Assembly (NCBI GenBank): GCA_964247055.1
Contig: OZ176050.1
Coordinates: 13,268,001-13,332,000, forward strand
DNA: 64,000 nt
Source: Paragordius varius
Lineage: Eukaryota; Animalia; Nematomorpha
Direction of reading: 5' to 3'
Of this stretch, positions 52,100-64,000 are shown in pieces. The translations under genes and the position numbers were made by a program. A model generated the notes under the pieces. It searched no databases. It had not been told where the DNA came from and saw only the letters and a list, made by a program, of their open reading frames with translations. Position 1 is the first letter of the stretch. Every line of letters starts with the position of its first letter.

Positions 52100-53250
52100 G
52101 CTTTTCTCATATGGACCAATTACCACAGCAGTTATAAATTTCATATTTCTCTCGTAAACCAAAAGCACTATGAGAATCCTGTTATATTTATCTATCATTT
52201 ACATATTTCATCAGATTTTTTAAGAGCAAATGTTTAAATCATTTTTGGTCAAAGTTAAATTTATTCAAAAAAATATCATTAAATCACATTCTTTATTTAT
52301 TATAATAAACAGTTTTTCAATACAATGATATATAGGAATAAATATCTACTCAAAATTTTGTTATGAACATCTATTCTGCCGGAGAAGTAGAATAAACACC
52401 TTTTTATGTAAAAATAATTCTTTAAGCCAAAGAGGGAAAAACCGTTTAAAATAAAATTATGCCTTTTTATAACATATGAAAAAAGTCTTTCAAATAATAT
52501 AGTGTCTATGCAAGCCTATCCGGTATTATAGTAATGTTAATGACGTCTTCCATTTTGAAATTATAAAACTGGTTTTTAGGGTTTTATACTTTGAATATAA
52601 AATTCATAAAAATCAAAAGTTATTGTGAAAAACACCGCCTTAAATGACAAATGATAATTTTTTACATTTTTTCTTTAATGGACTTTGAGGTGTCATATTT
52701 AAACGTAGTCTTAAAATGATTATAGTTTCTATACAAAATCTTTTATACGCCTAGTAACAAATAAAATCAAAATGACTGTTTATATTAGGCAAATAATATT
52801 TTCTTTCCACCTAATAATTTAGCTGAAAAGATTTTCAAGATTCGGGAAATTATGAAAAATACTGGAAAAATATTTTTGCTCTTATGTAATATATTTCAAC
52901 AATATTTTAAGTCTGTCAGTGTTTGAGGATATGCTTAATGTTGCACATTCTATACTAAGGGTAAAACTCCAGGAAATTTGTATATACTGTTTATATTAAT
53001 CCTAGAAGAAATACTCAAAAAAATTAATAAAATTATCATAACTTTCTAAAATGGAGCAAAGAATTTTTTATGAGTTAATATCCTGTGGAAAAGCAATATT
53101 AATACAGTGAGCTAACACAGGGTCTAATTAGGATACAACTCTCTTTATAAAAAATTTATCTTAAGATTAAAGCTTAATAAGCATGTATAGTCCTTTAATC
53201 TTTAATTTAATTTTATTTTTTTATTTTTAAACTTCGTTTTAGGGGTAAAA
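52100..53250. repeat. Truncated unit-1-type downstream flank lacking the 7TM ORF
   Basis: Matches ~33380-34500 (gaggtgtcatatttaaacgtag, aagggtaaaactccaggaaatt), variants that are absent from units 2-4. Confidence 0.7.
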
Positions 53251-53294
53251 TCTTTAATTTAAAAAGTGTAAAACTCAATTTTGGAATTTAATTA

Positions 53295-53564
53295 TAGTAA
53301 AACTAAAATATACGGACAAATGTAAAAATATAAAGACAAAATTTTTTTCAACCATAGCTTTTGAATCTTGATTTATTAAAATTAATATAATTGTTAATTT
53401 GAAAGTATGGAATAGAGATGTTTATTGGTAATTAAATATTTTATCATTGTAAATAAATCATTCAATATGGGAAAGATTTAGATTCAAAAATGTATGGTTG
53501 TATTTTGAAAAAAATATTTGTCTTATATTTTTACGTTTTGTCCGTATAATTTCAGTTTTACCTG
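53295..53564. mobile_element. MITE family B copy
   Basis: Same inverted arms as 15780-16053. Confidence 0.65.
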
Positions 53565-53851
53565 TAATAATTATTACTAACTATATATAAAAATATCAGG
53601 AACGCAAATTAGACTCAGGATGCCAAGTCATGTAAATACTAGCATTTTTAAATATAATATTAGGAATCTAAGTATACGCCAGGTTAAAACAATTTTTTTG
53701 GGTAGTATTTATATCTTGCAAGGGGGCCCACAATTTATAGTTCGCCAGTTAATTAACCGCCACGTGCTCCCACACTGCATGTTTTAAAACTTTCTGGACT
53801 CTAAATTAAACCATTAATTTATATATCATACACGTAACAAGACACGTAAAT

Positions 53852-53924
53852 GCCCGGCTAGCTCAGTCGGTAGAGCATGAGGCTCTTAACCTCAGGGTCG
53901 TGGGTTCGAGCCCCACGTCGGGCG
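53852..53924 (+). tRNA. tRNA-Lys: tRNA-Lys(CTT)
   Basis: GCCCGGCTAGCTCAGTCGGTAGAGCATGAGGCTCTTAACCTCAGGGTCGTGGGTTCGAGCCCCACGTCGGGCG, 73 nt, fully paired cloverleaf, A and B boxes, followed by a T-run Pol III terminator. Confidence 0.97.
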
Positions 53925-54064
53925 CATTTTTTTATTTTTTGTACTTCATGTATCTATGGATTTATTTATAGACGCTATTAATTATCGACTTCATTAAATC
54001 TAACCAAATATTTAAATAATGTGGAAAACTTGGTTAATTGGGAGCTTGTAGTCGATTTATTGAT

Positions 54065-54370
54065 TAAATAGAAATACTTCCTCCAGTCGGTTCTATCATG
54101 GCGGAGCTAGTTTTTGCAGAGATTTTTAGAAAGTCAGAAAATTCAACCAATACACCTTTGGCCTATTCCTCTCTTGCCATTTACTTTTCCTAACATTATA
54201 CCCTTTTCCAAAGAATAACCTCAAATTATTGGTTGTTTCGATATTTTTGCCACGCGTTGTTAGTGTGTTGATTTATGTTTGCATTATCGTTTAACTTTGT
54301 CCTCCCATGTTATACCAACTATCCTTAATTAAAATATTTCAAAAGCGTTTATTCTTTTCTCCACATCTTT
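54065..54370 (-). mobile_element. RTE 3' relic, diverged paralog without the MITE
   Basis: Reverse complement reads ctgcaaaaactagctccgccatgatagaaccgactggagg contiguously. Confidence 0.7.
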
Positions 54371-54539
54371 TTTAAAGTTAAGGTGGTATAATGAAATTAC
54401 TGTAAATAAATCTGAAATAGAATACTAAATCTGGCAAAAAAATTAACTATTTTAAAATATAGTAACCGTTTAATAACTGATTTTATAATTTATATCCGGC
54501 TCAATTTTTGTAATTTATAACCGATTCAACGCTTTTTAC

Positions 54540-55643
54540 TAGGTGTATTTAGTTTTTACTGGTTTAACTAAGAGACTTCAGCAGTACACAGACGATTAAT
54601 TTACACACTTACAATTTGAGTTCATCTTAAACTAGTATCTTTACTTTTATCATTCAGTGATTATGTCAATTGCCCCTGAAATAACAGCACGCATTGTCAT
54701 TAGAAGAAAAAGCAGCTGTAAGTTATAGTTTGCTAGCAGAAACCTGTGGACACACTCTATCAATTAACAGATGTAAAGCATGGTTAATCTCAAAAGTTAT
54801 GTAATCTTGCTAAAGAATGTGGGCGCTCACGTAGACCGCACAACTACGAAGACGATCGAATGCAAAGGTAATTAAATGATGACCCAACAACTCAATGGTA
54901 ATTGGCAGGAGCATTACATGTACCACAAAAAAACAATTGATTGATGTTTACGAGCAATGGGGAAGACCAATAAACTCGGTACCTACACCATTTGAATGAA
55001 CATCAAATCGAAAATAGTTCAAAGTCACGAAAAGACATCTTTTTTGCACCAAATTGGGAGGGGTGATGAAAAATGGCTCTTTTTGAAAATCCAAAAAATT
55101 GTGACTATTACCTTGCAAAGCCGGTCAATCCACACCAATGCCAAATCGCTTCGGCAAGAAATCATGCACTGTGTCTGGTGGGACCAAAGCGGTTGACGCC
55201 CCGTGAAATCGTTAATACAAAACTATCGCTGAATACCTAATCAAAACCATGTATTGATCGAAAAACAACCGGGCAAAGTGATTTTGCTATATGAAACTGC
55301 TTCATCTCACACAGCAAAACCGGTGAAAGACACCTTTTCGCTTTGATAAAAAATTTCAGTATTCGATGAGCTCTCCCCATCTGTCGCTATCCTAATACAA
55401 TTTTGCATCAATGGGGCACAGTAGAGCAACAACTCTTCTATAACTCCAAAGACGTAAGAAATTATCTGAAAGAATGGTTGTCTGCATAAGAAAATAAATT
55501 TGGCACGACATTCATATACTACCTGAGAAACGGGCAAAATGTTTGGAACGGATGGACAATTTATTAAATAATATACATAATAAATTTTTAAAACTTACAT
55601 TTTTTACTAAAAGACCGGTAAAACCTATGAAGTATAAATCTAA
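54540..55643 (+). mobile_element. Degenerate mariner copy in unit 4
   Basis: FLHQIGRGDEKWLF and HCVWWDQSG motifs (ORF 54996-55196). Confidence 0.85.
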
Positions 55644-56252
55644 GGATTTCGGAGTATTGATTTACAGTTGGTAAATTTTATTATCTGGTTTTGGGTCTTT
55701 AAGTTTTGATTCCTCGAGATTTTTTGGCTTAATTGAAGCCTGAAAGCCCATCTGACTTTTTTAAAAAATTAATTTGTTTAAAAACATCCATAATTTAAAA
55801 TTAGAGAGATTTCTTGTGGCGTGGTCACAAGCATATTTATATAAAAAATGCAAGTTGAAGGGATAAATTGCATGCGACATCTAACATATAAATATTTAAC
55901 GACTTTCCATTATTAATATTTATAAATATACTTAATGTAATGAAAATGTTAAATTGAAGGAATCCATAGACATCTATGAATTATTAATAATAGAGCTTTC
56001 CTCTTTGAATATATATATTTATATATAAGATTTATATGGGTGCTACGAATTACAAAAGTGTATATGTTGGAATGGCGACTTGACAATAAATTCGTAAAAT
56101 AAACGAAAATTATTAATTATTGATGACTTTATAAAAAGAACAACATTGATTTAATTTTTGATGACAATGCTATGTGATACGCTTTCTTCTAAAATTTTTC
56201 ATAAACTGATAATTATTCTTATAAACTAACTACTATAAGGAATAGTACAATT

Positions 56253-57227
56253 ATGGATTATGATTTAACTAGATTTTTGTACCATATTACATTTTTTGCA
56301 AACATCATATTCTTTGTATCGGAACCCGTGAAACGTATTGCCCGTAATTTTGTCAAAATATTCCTAATACATTCATCCGATTCTCAAGTGAGAAAATCCA
56401 AAAATATTCTTTCATCATATGGCCTTCCCTACAATAATGATTATACCAATTATCAAAACACAACATCAGAATCGTGCTACTATGATGAGGGAGATGATAA
56501 AAATGAACGTTTTTTATACCATACAAGGTATAAAATATTACATTTGTTACTTGTTTGTTACACAATTATCTATGCGATCATTGTGTTTGAATCGTTTCCC
56601 TCGACGTTGATGATCTTAAAGAAGGGTTTCGGCTCATATTGGACATTTGCCAGTCTAGTCGCCTATATGAATCAATGGGTGCTTCCAAACATCCTTGTAA
56701 TCGATGATATTTTGCGCATCAGGTCTCCATGCATGTATAGATTGAATTCTACGTCAAAGTATATAATTATTTTAGCCATTTTTTTCACCATCCTGGTATC
56801 GGCCCCATATATATTTTTCGTGGAAGATAAATCAACTGTACCCACCAGGGATAGCGGGCGTATAAGCGTTTTTTGGATTGCATCTTTAATGGTGTCAGGT
56901 TTGCAAAGATACGCTTTCTATACTTACTTGGTATTTATTGCGCTATTTGCGTTTTGCTATGTGCAAAAACTCCGACATTTTTTCAAGCATGAAAGTCAAG
57001 TTTTAAAATTTATAAAACCATATTATTATAACTGTATGGCTGTGGGATCAAATTCTTCGATACAAATTTATGGAGTTTTATTGAGTTATATAATTTGTCA
57101 TATGGATTACCATTATATGATTTATCATTTATTTTATGTTATTGTGCATTGGATGTTAGAAATGGAGATACTAGTTTTAATCATGAATTGGCTTACCCTT
57201 ATTTACCTTAATTTACATGGACAATAA
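56253..57227 (+). CDS. 7TM/GPCR-like membrane protein, copy 4 (324 aa), inverted
   Basis: Intact ORF carrying a mosaic of residues diagnostic for copies 1/3 and copy 2. Confidence 0.8.
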   Translation: MDYDLTRFLYHITFFANIIFFVSEPVKRIARNFVKIFLIHSSDSQVRKSKNILSSYGLPYNNDYTNYQNTTSESCYYDEGDDKNERFLYHTRYKILHLLLVCYTIIYAIIVFESFPSTLMILKKGFGSYWTFASLVAYMNQWVLPNILVIDDILRIRSPCMYRLNSTSKYIIILAIFFTILVSAPYIFFVEDKSTVPTRDSGRISVFWIASLMVSGLQRYAFYTYLVFIALFAFCYVQKLRHFFKHESQVLKFIKPYYYNCMAVGSNSSIQIYGVLLSYIICHMDYHYMIYHLFYVIVHWMLEMEILVLIMNWLTLIYLNLHGQ

Positions 57228-60200
57228 ATTTGATTTTTTTCATATAAAAATTTTGTTACTTAAATGTTCATATTTAATTATTATTCCATATATTTAATCT
57301 ATGAATACGCAAAGCGTAATTTATCCTTCCTCAGTTAAGTGCCATATGTAAAAATAAAAATATTTTTAGAAAAAACTTAAAACACGATTTTTTTTACAGC
57401 TAATTGGGAAACCTATTCAATCATTTATCAATAATATCATGTAGTACAAAGGGATCTAGAGAGTTTTTCTATTAAGCGATACTTGTTCTGAAATTAGGGT
57501 TATTTGAAAAAAAACAGCAATGTGAGGTAATATCCGGAAATATAATCATATATATTTTCGATCAAATTTAACCACTTTTTAACGTATCAAACTTAATATT
57601 AATTTTATAATAATTAAAACTTTTCTAAAAAATAAATAATCAAAAAATCATGGAAAATTATTGATAATTATTTAATTAAATTCCAAATAAAGTTTCGGTT
57701 CAAAAATTTATTGATAACATTTTGATAAAATATTTGGTTAAAAATAAAAAATAAAAAAATCAAATAAAAACGCTTTAAAATATTTAAGTTAGTTGACCCC
57801 TAATTAGCCCCTGTTTTAAATTTTGTTTTTTTCTTTAGAAATTTAGTCTAAAAATTTGCTTTTTGAAAAACTGAATTTAAAAGCAAATAAACGGTTTTTA
57901 TAAATCGGCCCTTAATGCTTTTGCCTTTATATAAAGTGTGCAAAATTTAAGATTTCCTCCTACTAGACTACACCACACTCAAAAAAATTATTGCAATATT
58001 TACGAAAATCAAAAAAATATCCTTCCATAATTGCTCGAATCTAGAAAATCTTTTCAGCTAAATTATTAGACGGAAATATTATTTGCCTAATAAAAACAGT
58101 CATCTTGATTTTATTTATAAAAGATTTTATAAATAGAAAATATCATCATCCTAAAACTATGTGAATGGGACTTCAAAGTCCATTAAAGAGAAAATGCAAA
58201 AAATTACCATTTGTCATTTAATAAGGCGCGGTTTTTGAAAATAACTTTTGATTTTCATGAATTCAATTATATGCAAATTATAAAACCCCAGAAACCAGTT
58301 TTATAATTTAAAAATGGATGTAAACTACATTGGTGGTATTATTAACCTAAATAGGCCTGCATAAATAATATTTGAAAGACTTTTTTATTTAATTGCACAA
58401 TTTCATTTAAAACGTTTTTTACCCTAAATTTGGCTGATTATTTTTACACAAGAAAGTGTTTATTTCACTTCTCCGGCAGAATAGATGTTAATAACAAAGT
58501 TTTGAGTATATATTTATTCCTATATCATTGTATTGAAAAACTGTTTTTGATAATATATAAAGAATGTGATATAAATTAATGATATTTTTTGGAATGAAGC
58601 ATTTTACTTTCATCAAAAATGATTTTAACACAACGTTTGCTCTTAAAAAATATCCTGTTGAAATATGTAATTCTAATAATTAAATGTATCAGCCTTCTCC
58701 TACAGTTTTTGGTTTTGATTACGAAAAGAAATAAGAATGTATTTGCTTTTGTGGTAATTGGTTCATAACAGAAAATGGCAAAATTTGAGCAGATTTTGCA
58801 ATATAAAAATTTTTTGCCGAAGACTGCTTTATTCCAAAAAGTATCACATCATACCCTATTTAAACAGAACAATTTCTTTACAAAATTTTAAATGTTAAAT
58901 CAGGGTTTTGGATCTAATATTTTATACCCGTCTAAAATGGGCATGTTTCTTAACACTTGGTACAACACTTTCATATCAGTCCTCCAATTCAAATTGGGGT
59001 CTATGGGAAACCCGGTCCTTTTTTATATTAATTATTTCTAAAAATATGGAACAAATTAAAACTATTGTAAAAGTTTGCTATTATATAACATTGATGCACA
59101 GAAATATATAAAAAGATCATTTTAAAAAAGCTTTATATCACTTATTTTATGGATAAACCCGAAAGTAAGAATCTAGCCTGCATGACATACCTTTTCACTT
59201 TTCCCTAGTTAACCTTTTAGAATAGTTTTATATTCCAATAAATAAACAAATTTAACAGTGACAATGACAATAGCACGGGGTACACCCCTTTGTACATTTG
59301 GTGAACCAATTGTCAGAATACCGTGAGCTATATAAGTATTTGGAAAAAACCTTTTAAAACTTTTCTAATAAAACTTTTTATGATTGCAAATGTTTGTATA
59401 TATATGTATGTATATAAAATATTATTGTGATTTAATTTTTTACTGTAAGTTAGTGTTATTAAATTTGCTTATTAGGAAAAAAAGGAATTAAAAAAAATAC
59501 CGTACATAACCTGCGCTTTGGAAAGAACATTATTGTTTGATTTTTGGAACAGAGGTTTGATAATAATTGAGTTGTTGATATGCGACAATAGTTTTAATTA
59601 AATGAAACGTTAACGACAAAAAACAATAATGATTTAACCGAGCACACGATAACCAAAATAAAATTCATAAGAATATATGGTTAAAAGATTATAAAAAATA
59701 GAATTTAGTAGAAAATGGTACTTATCTTTGATTTTCCTGTGGCATAGATACTGTTCCCCTAAACAACTGAAGTTTTACGGGTGACTCAACTTTATTAAAA
59801 AAGAATTCATTTCCGAGTATCGAAAAACTTCATCAGGGTAATAAGCCTCTTTGGATTGCACTCTTTACAAATAAGGAATCATCCATATCCCTAATGTAAA
59901 AGTATATAAAATGTATTTGATGGTTTTGGTGTGTTCTTCTCATATCCAAAAGGCAGACGATTTCGACCGAATCGCGAAAAGTCTACTTTATTCTGAGTAT
60001 ATATTTATTACAATTTTTTTTAATATAAAAAACATCCAAATTTAACAGTTGTTTGTGTGTTGATTTTGTTTGCACCATCGATGTTTTTCATTTTGTCCTT
60101 CCATGTTATACCATGTATTTTCTTCCATCAGAACATTTCAAAAGCTTTTATTCTTTTCTCTTCATCTATAAAACTTAAGGTGGTATAATGAAATTACTGT

Positions 60201-60339
60201 GTCAATAAATCTGAAATAAATAACTAAATCTGATAAAAAAATTAACTATTAAAAAATAGTAACCGTTTAATAAACGGCTTTTATAATTTATATCCGGCTC
60301 AATTTTTTTGTCAAATATCACCGGTTCAACGCTTTTTAC

Positions 60340-61448
60340 TAGGTGCATTTAGTTTGTACTGGTTTAACTAAGAGACGTCAGCAGTACACAGACGATTAAT
60401 TTACACACTTACAATTTGAGTTCATCTTAAACTAGTATCTTTACTTTTATCATTCAGTGATTATGTCAATTGCCCCTGAAATAACAGCACGCATTGTCAT
60501 TAGAAGAAAAAGCAGCTGTAAGTTATAGTTTGCTGGCAGAAACCTGTGGACACACTCTATCAATTAACAGATGTAAAGCATGGTTAATCGCAAAAGTTAT
60601 GTAATCTTGCTAAAGAATGTGGGCGCTCAGGTAGACCGCACAACTACGAAGACGATCGAATGCAAAGGTAATTAAATGATGACCCAACAACTTAATGGTA
60701 ATTGGCAGGAGCATTACATGTACCACAAAAAAACAATTGATTGATGTTTACGAGCAATGGGGAAGATCAATAAACTCGGTACCTACACCATTTGAATGAA
60801 AATTAAATCGATAATAGTTCAAAGTCACGAAAAGACATCTTTTTTGCACCAAATTGGGATGGGTGATGAAAAATGGCTCTTTTTGAAAATCCAAAGGGAA
60901 AAATTGTGATTATTACCTTGCAAAGCCGATCAATCCACACCAATGCCAAATCGCTTCGGCAAGAAATCATGCACTGTGTCTGGTGGGACCAAAGCGGTTG
61001 ACGCTCCGTGAAATCGTTAATACAAAACTATCGCTGAATACCTAATCAAAACCATGTTTTAATCGAAAAACAACCGGGCAAAGTGATTTTGCTATATGAA
61101 ACTGCTTCATCTCACACAGCAAAACCGGTGAAAGACACCTTTTCGCTTTGATAAAAAATTTCAGTATTCGATGAGCTCTCCCCATCTGTCGCTATCCTAA
61201 TACAATTTTGCATCAATGGGGCACAGTAGAGCAACAACTCTTCTATAACTCCAAAGACGTAAGAAATTATCTGAAAGAATGGTTGTCTGCATAAGAAAAT
61301 AAATTTGGCACGACATTCATACACTACCTGAGAAACGGCCAAAATGTTTAAACGGATGGACAATTTATTAAATAATATACATAATAAATTTTTAAAACTT
61401 ACATTTTTTACTAAAAGACCGGTAAAACCTATGATGTATAAATCTAAG
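60340..61448 (+). mobile_element. Degenerate mariner copy in truncated unit 5
   Basis: Near-identical to 54540-55643. Confidence 0.82.
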
Positions 61449-61498
61449 GATTTCGGAGTATTGATTTACAGTTGATAAATTTTATTATCTGGTTTTGG

Positions 61499-61825
61499 CA
61501 GTGGCGTACCGAGCGTTTGCGGCGCCCGGGGCATAAAACTTTTATGGCGCCCCCCCCCCCCTTTTTTTTAAAAGCCAATAAAACAATTTTTTAAAATACA
61601 AACGTTGTAACCTAAACACCATAGATAAGACAGCACAGTCATATAAATTTTAGATCTATTAGATACTAAATTTATTCAATACTAATTAGGTGAATAATAG
61701 AGTATATATCATCGGGATTATTACCTAAATTGTTGAAACTCATTTGAAAGTTCTTTTTTTGCATAAATTTAATGTTAAAAAATCATTTAGGCGCCCCTAA
61801 ATAACGGCGCCCTGGGCATGATACA
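61499..61825 (+). mobile_element. MITE family C copy with an intact CAGTGGCGTACC end; right end replaced by a hAT terminus
   Basis: cagtggcgtaccgagcgtttgcggcgcccggggc...atggcgccccc; ggcgcccc...ggcgccctgggc at ~61787-61817. Confidence 0.65.
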
Positions 61826-62770
61826 TAAGGTGACCAGATTTTTTGAAGGAAAAAGCGGGACAAATCTGAGAAGGGAGTGGGTCATTGGGGGGTACAACCA
61901 AAAATTTTTATACAAAAAATTTATTGTAATATTTTTTTATTTTTAACAAAATACATTATAAATATAAAAAAAATTGTACCTCACAGGTTGTTTGTACCTT
62001 ATTCAATAAATTTCCATGTGCACGAACAAAGGGTGAAGTTATTTTAATATTCTAGAAAAAAATAATAAAGACAAAATTATCACAAAGTGCGCTGGGTGAT
62101 GCAAGAAGCGGCACAAAAATATTTTTAACAATTTAGCGAATAATCTTAATCAAAACATTATTGGCAGATACACAACGTTCAAACAGCTACTCATTTGTTA
62201 CCCCTGGATGTGGAAAATATAGATGTTAAAATGCTTGAATATTGTAGAACTGTTGGTTAGCTCTTCTGCCAGCGATTGATAAATTTATAAAAATATGATC
62301 TCCTAGAATCCTATTTGTTATCACAGGACAAAGGTCAAAATTCCAAGTCAAAAAAGCTTAGAAAATAATTTTATACCATTACCTAATCGCAATATTATAA
62401 AGCATCCAGAAAAACAAGGCTCAATGAATAGCCAGAATATAAAAATGTTTTATACAAACAGAAACGATTATTTGGAAGACAAGACGGTGTACAATGACAC
62501 TTTTTTATGAAGTCTCATTATTAAATAAATATATAGATAATGAAAACTTAAATTATGGACAGAAAAAAATACGTAGGATATAAATGGTTAAAATAATCAT
62601 TTTTAAACAAATTATGTTCCACACAATAATATTTTAATTGTAGAATTTAAATGAACCACTGGTATTGAACGCGTTTTTCCACAGTAAATTAAGTAAGGAC
62701 ACGGAATCAAATTTAAATGTTGAATAAAAGCCATTTTATGTGTTCAAACATAATTTGTGAAGACTATACA
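61826..62770 (+). mobile_element. Internally deleted hAT (Blackjack-like terminus) derivative
   Basis: Starts taaggtgaccaga...gcgggaca, resembling the TAGGGTGACC terminus. Contains deleted versions of the transposase sequence at 62800-64000 in the opposite orientation. Confidence 0.7.
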
Positions 62771-62798
62771 ATATTAAAGTAATTTTGTGTATTTTTTA

Positions 62799-64000
62799 TC
62801 ATAAAAACTTTATAAATATAAGAAAATATTTTTCTTTGGTATATTTTTTGTTTGAGTGAATGCGTTTTAGCAGATTGTCACCATTTTTTAAAATATTGCA
62901 GAAGTCTTCACAAGAATTTGTCAAGTTATATTTGACAGATAAAACGGCCTTTAAAGTTTCAACATTTAAATTTGATTTTTCCGATGTCCACACCTGATTT
63001 ACTGTGGAAAAAACGCGCTCAGTAGCAGCGTTGGTAAAGATAGTGCGAATTCCACAATTTTTAAAATATTATTGTATGTAAAATAGTTGGCTTCAAAATG
63101 ATGAAATATTTCCAACCATTTCTTTTCGACTGTATATTTTCTTTTGTCCATAATTTAAGTTTTTCATTATTAATATATCTTTTAACTAATGATACTTCAG
63201 AAAAAAGATCATTTTCTGAAAGATTACCTTTTGATAAATTTTGGGAGCAGATATAATCAAATCGTTTTTGAACATCGCACCAATTAAATTCTGATTTTAA
63301 TGTTATCCAATGAAAATGATCTTTCAATGAATTGGGTCGTCCAGTCTTCCAAATAATCTTTACAGTTTGTATAAAACATTTTTATATAGTACAGGATATC
63401 TTGGCGATTTATTAAGCCTTGTTTTTCTAAATTATTTATTATATTGCGGATGTTAATAGTATAAAATTATTTTCTAACCGTTCTTGACATTGGAATTTTA
63501 GGTTACTAACTTCATTGGCTACTTCGATTGCCGAAATTTTGTCACCTTCTATAAATTTAATAACATTTTGAAAGAGAGAAGCTTGATTATGTAAGCATTC
63601 TAACCATATTTTTGAACAATCACTTTCAAAAAACTTTTTTAAAGTTGTAGGACATTTGTCCTATGGTAATAAAAAAGATTTTAAAGGATCATACATTTTT
63701 AAAATTCTTCCGATAGCTGGCATAAAAGCTAACCAACGAGTTTTACAATATCCAAGCATTTTTTGATATTAAACTTCTGCATTTTCACAGAATTCTTTAA
63801 GCGATTCCTACTGTGTATATTAAAAAATAGGAATATATTTTAACAACTACATTTTCCACATCTAGGGGTAACAAATCAGTAGCTGTTTGAATAGCGTTGT
63901 GTAAATGCGTTGCACACCCAACGCCAATAATGTTTTGATTAAGATTATCTGTTAATTTATGAAAAATATTTTTTTGTTCCTCTCCTTGCTTTTCCACCAA
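62799..64000 (-). pseudogene. Disrupted hAT transposase, C-terminal part (runs off the window)
   Basis: NIIGVGCATHLHNAIQ, and the dimerisation-domain motif TNAATERVFSTVNQVWTSEKSNLNVETLKAVL; stops and frameshifts in between. Confidence 0.85.

Larger units (their letters stand above)
32630..52100 (-). repeat. Three ~6.5-kb tandem segmental units (downstream flank, 7TM gene, upstream flank, mariner relic, RTE relic)
   Basis: Anchor aaatcga.gtgttaaatcgctattacaacagac at ~32633 and ~39131. ORF offsets of 6487 and 6569 bp. Flanks are collinear. Confidence 0.92.
54400..61497 (+). repeat. Inverted arm of the array: unit 4 plus a truncated unit 5
   Basis: 57230-60200 is a reverse-complement near-copy of ~44690-47995. 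The mariner relics at 54540 and 60340 repeat with a ~5.8-kb period. Confidence 0.9.

Overview
This is a very AT-rich eukaryotic window, most likely from an invertebrate animal; the taxon cannot be identified from sequence alone. The left 29 kb holds four intron-containing genes whose exon chains I rebuilt by hand with consistent reading frames: NF-YB (433-2804, -), a ~1984-aa multi-C2H2 zinc-finger gene (7734-14989, +), uroporphyrinogen decarboxylase UROD (17474-20518, -) and a ~625-aa C2H2 zinc-finger gene (22154-29248, -). The main finding is nine GT-AG micro-introns of 21-26 nt. They are always the first three coding-region introns of a gene and lie within ~400 nt of the ATG, while every later intron is 65-2727 nt. 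Both micro-introns whose length is a multiple of 3 carry in-frame stops. The right 35 kb opens with a foldback-like palindromic region (1.18-kb hairpin with a 105-bp perfect core). It is followed by a ~6.5-kb segmental repeat array with four intact, intronless copies of a 323-324-aa multi-pass membrane protein resembling a highly divergent rhodopsin-class GPCR. Three copies are on -, one is on +, and a fifth unit is cut off before its ORF. A tRNA-Lys(CTT) gene sits in the spacer where the array flips orientation. Transposon debris is abundant: RTE LINE fragments, mariner relics, a Harbinger element with both ends, hAT relics and several MITE families, some with filled/empty paralogous sites. 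All homology calls come from motif recognition, not database searches.
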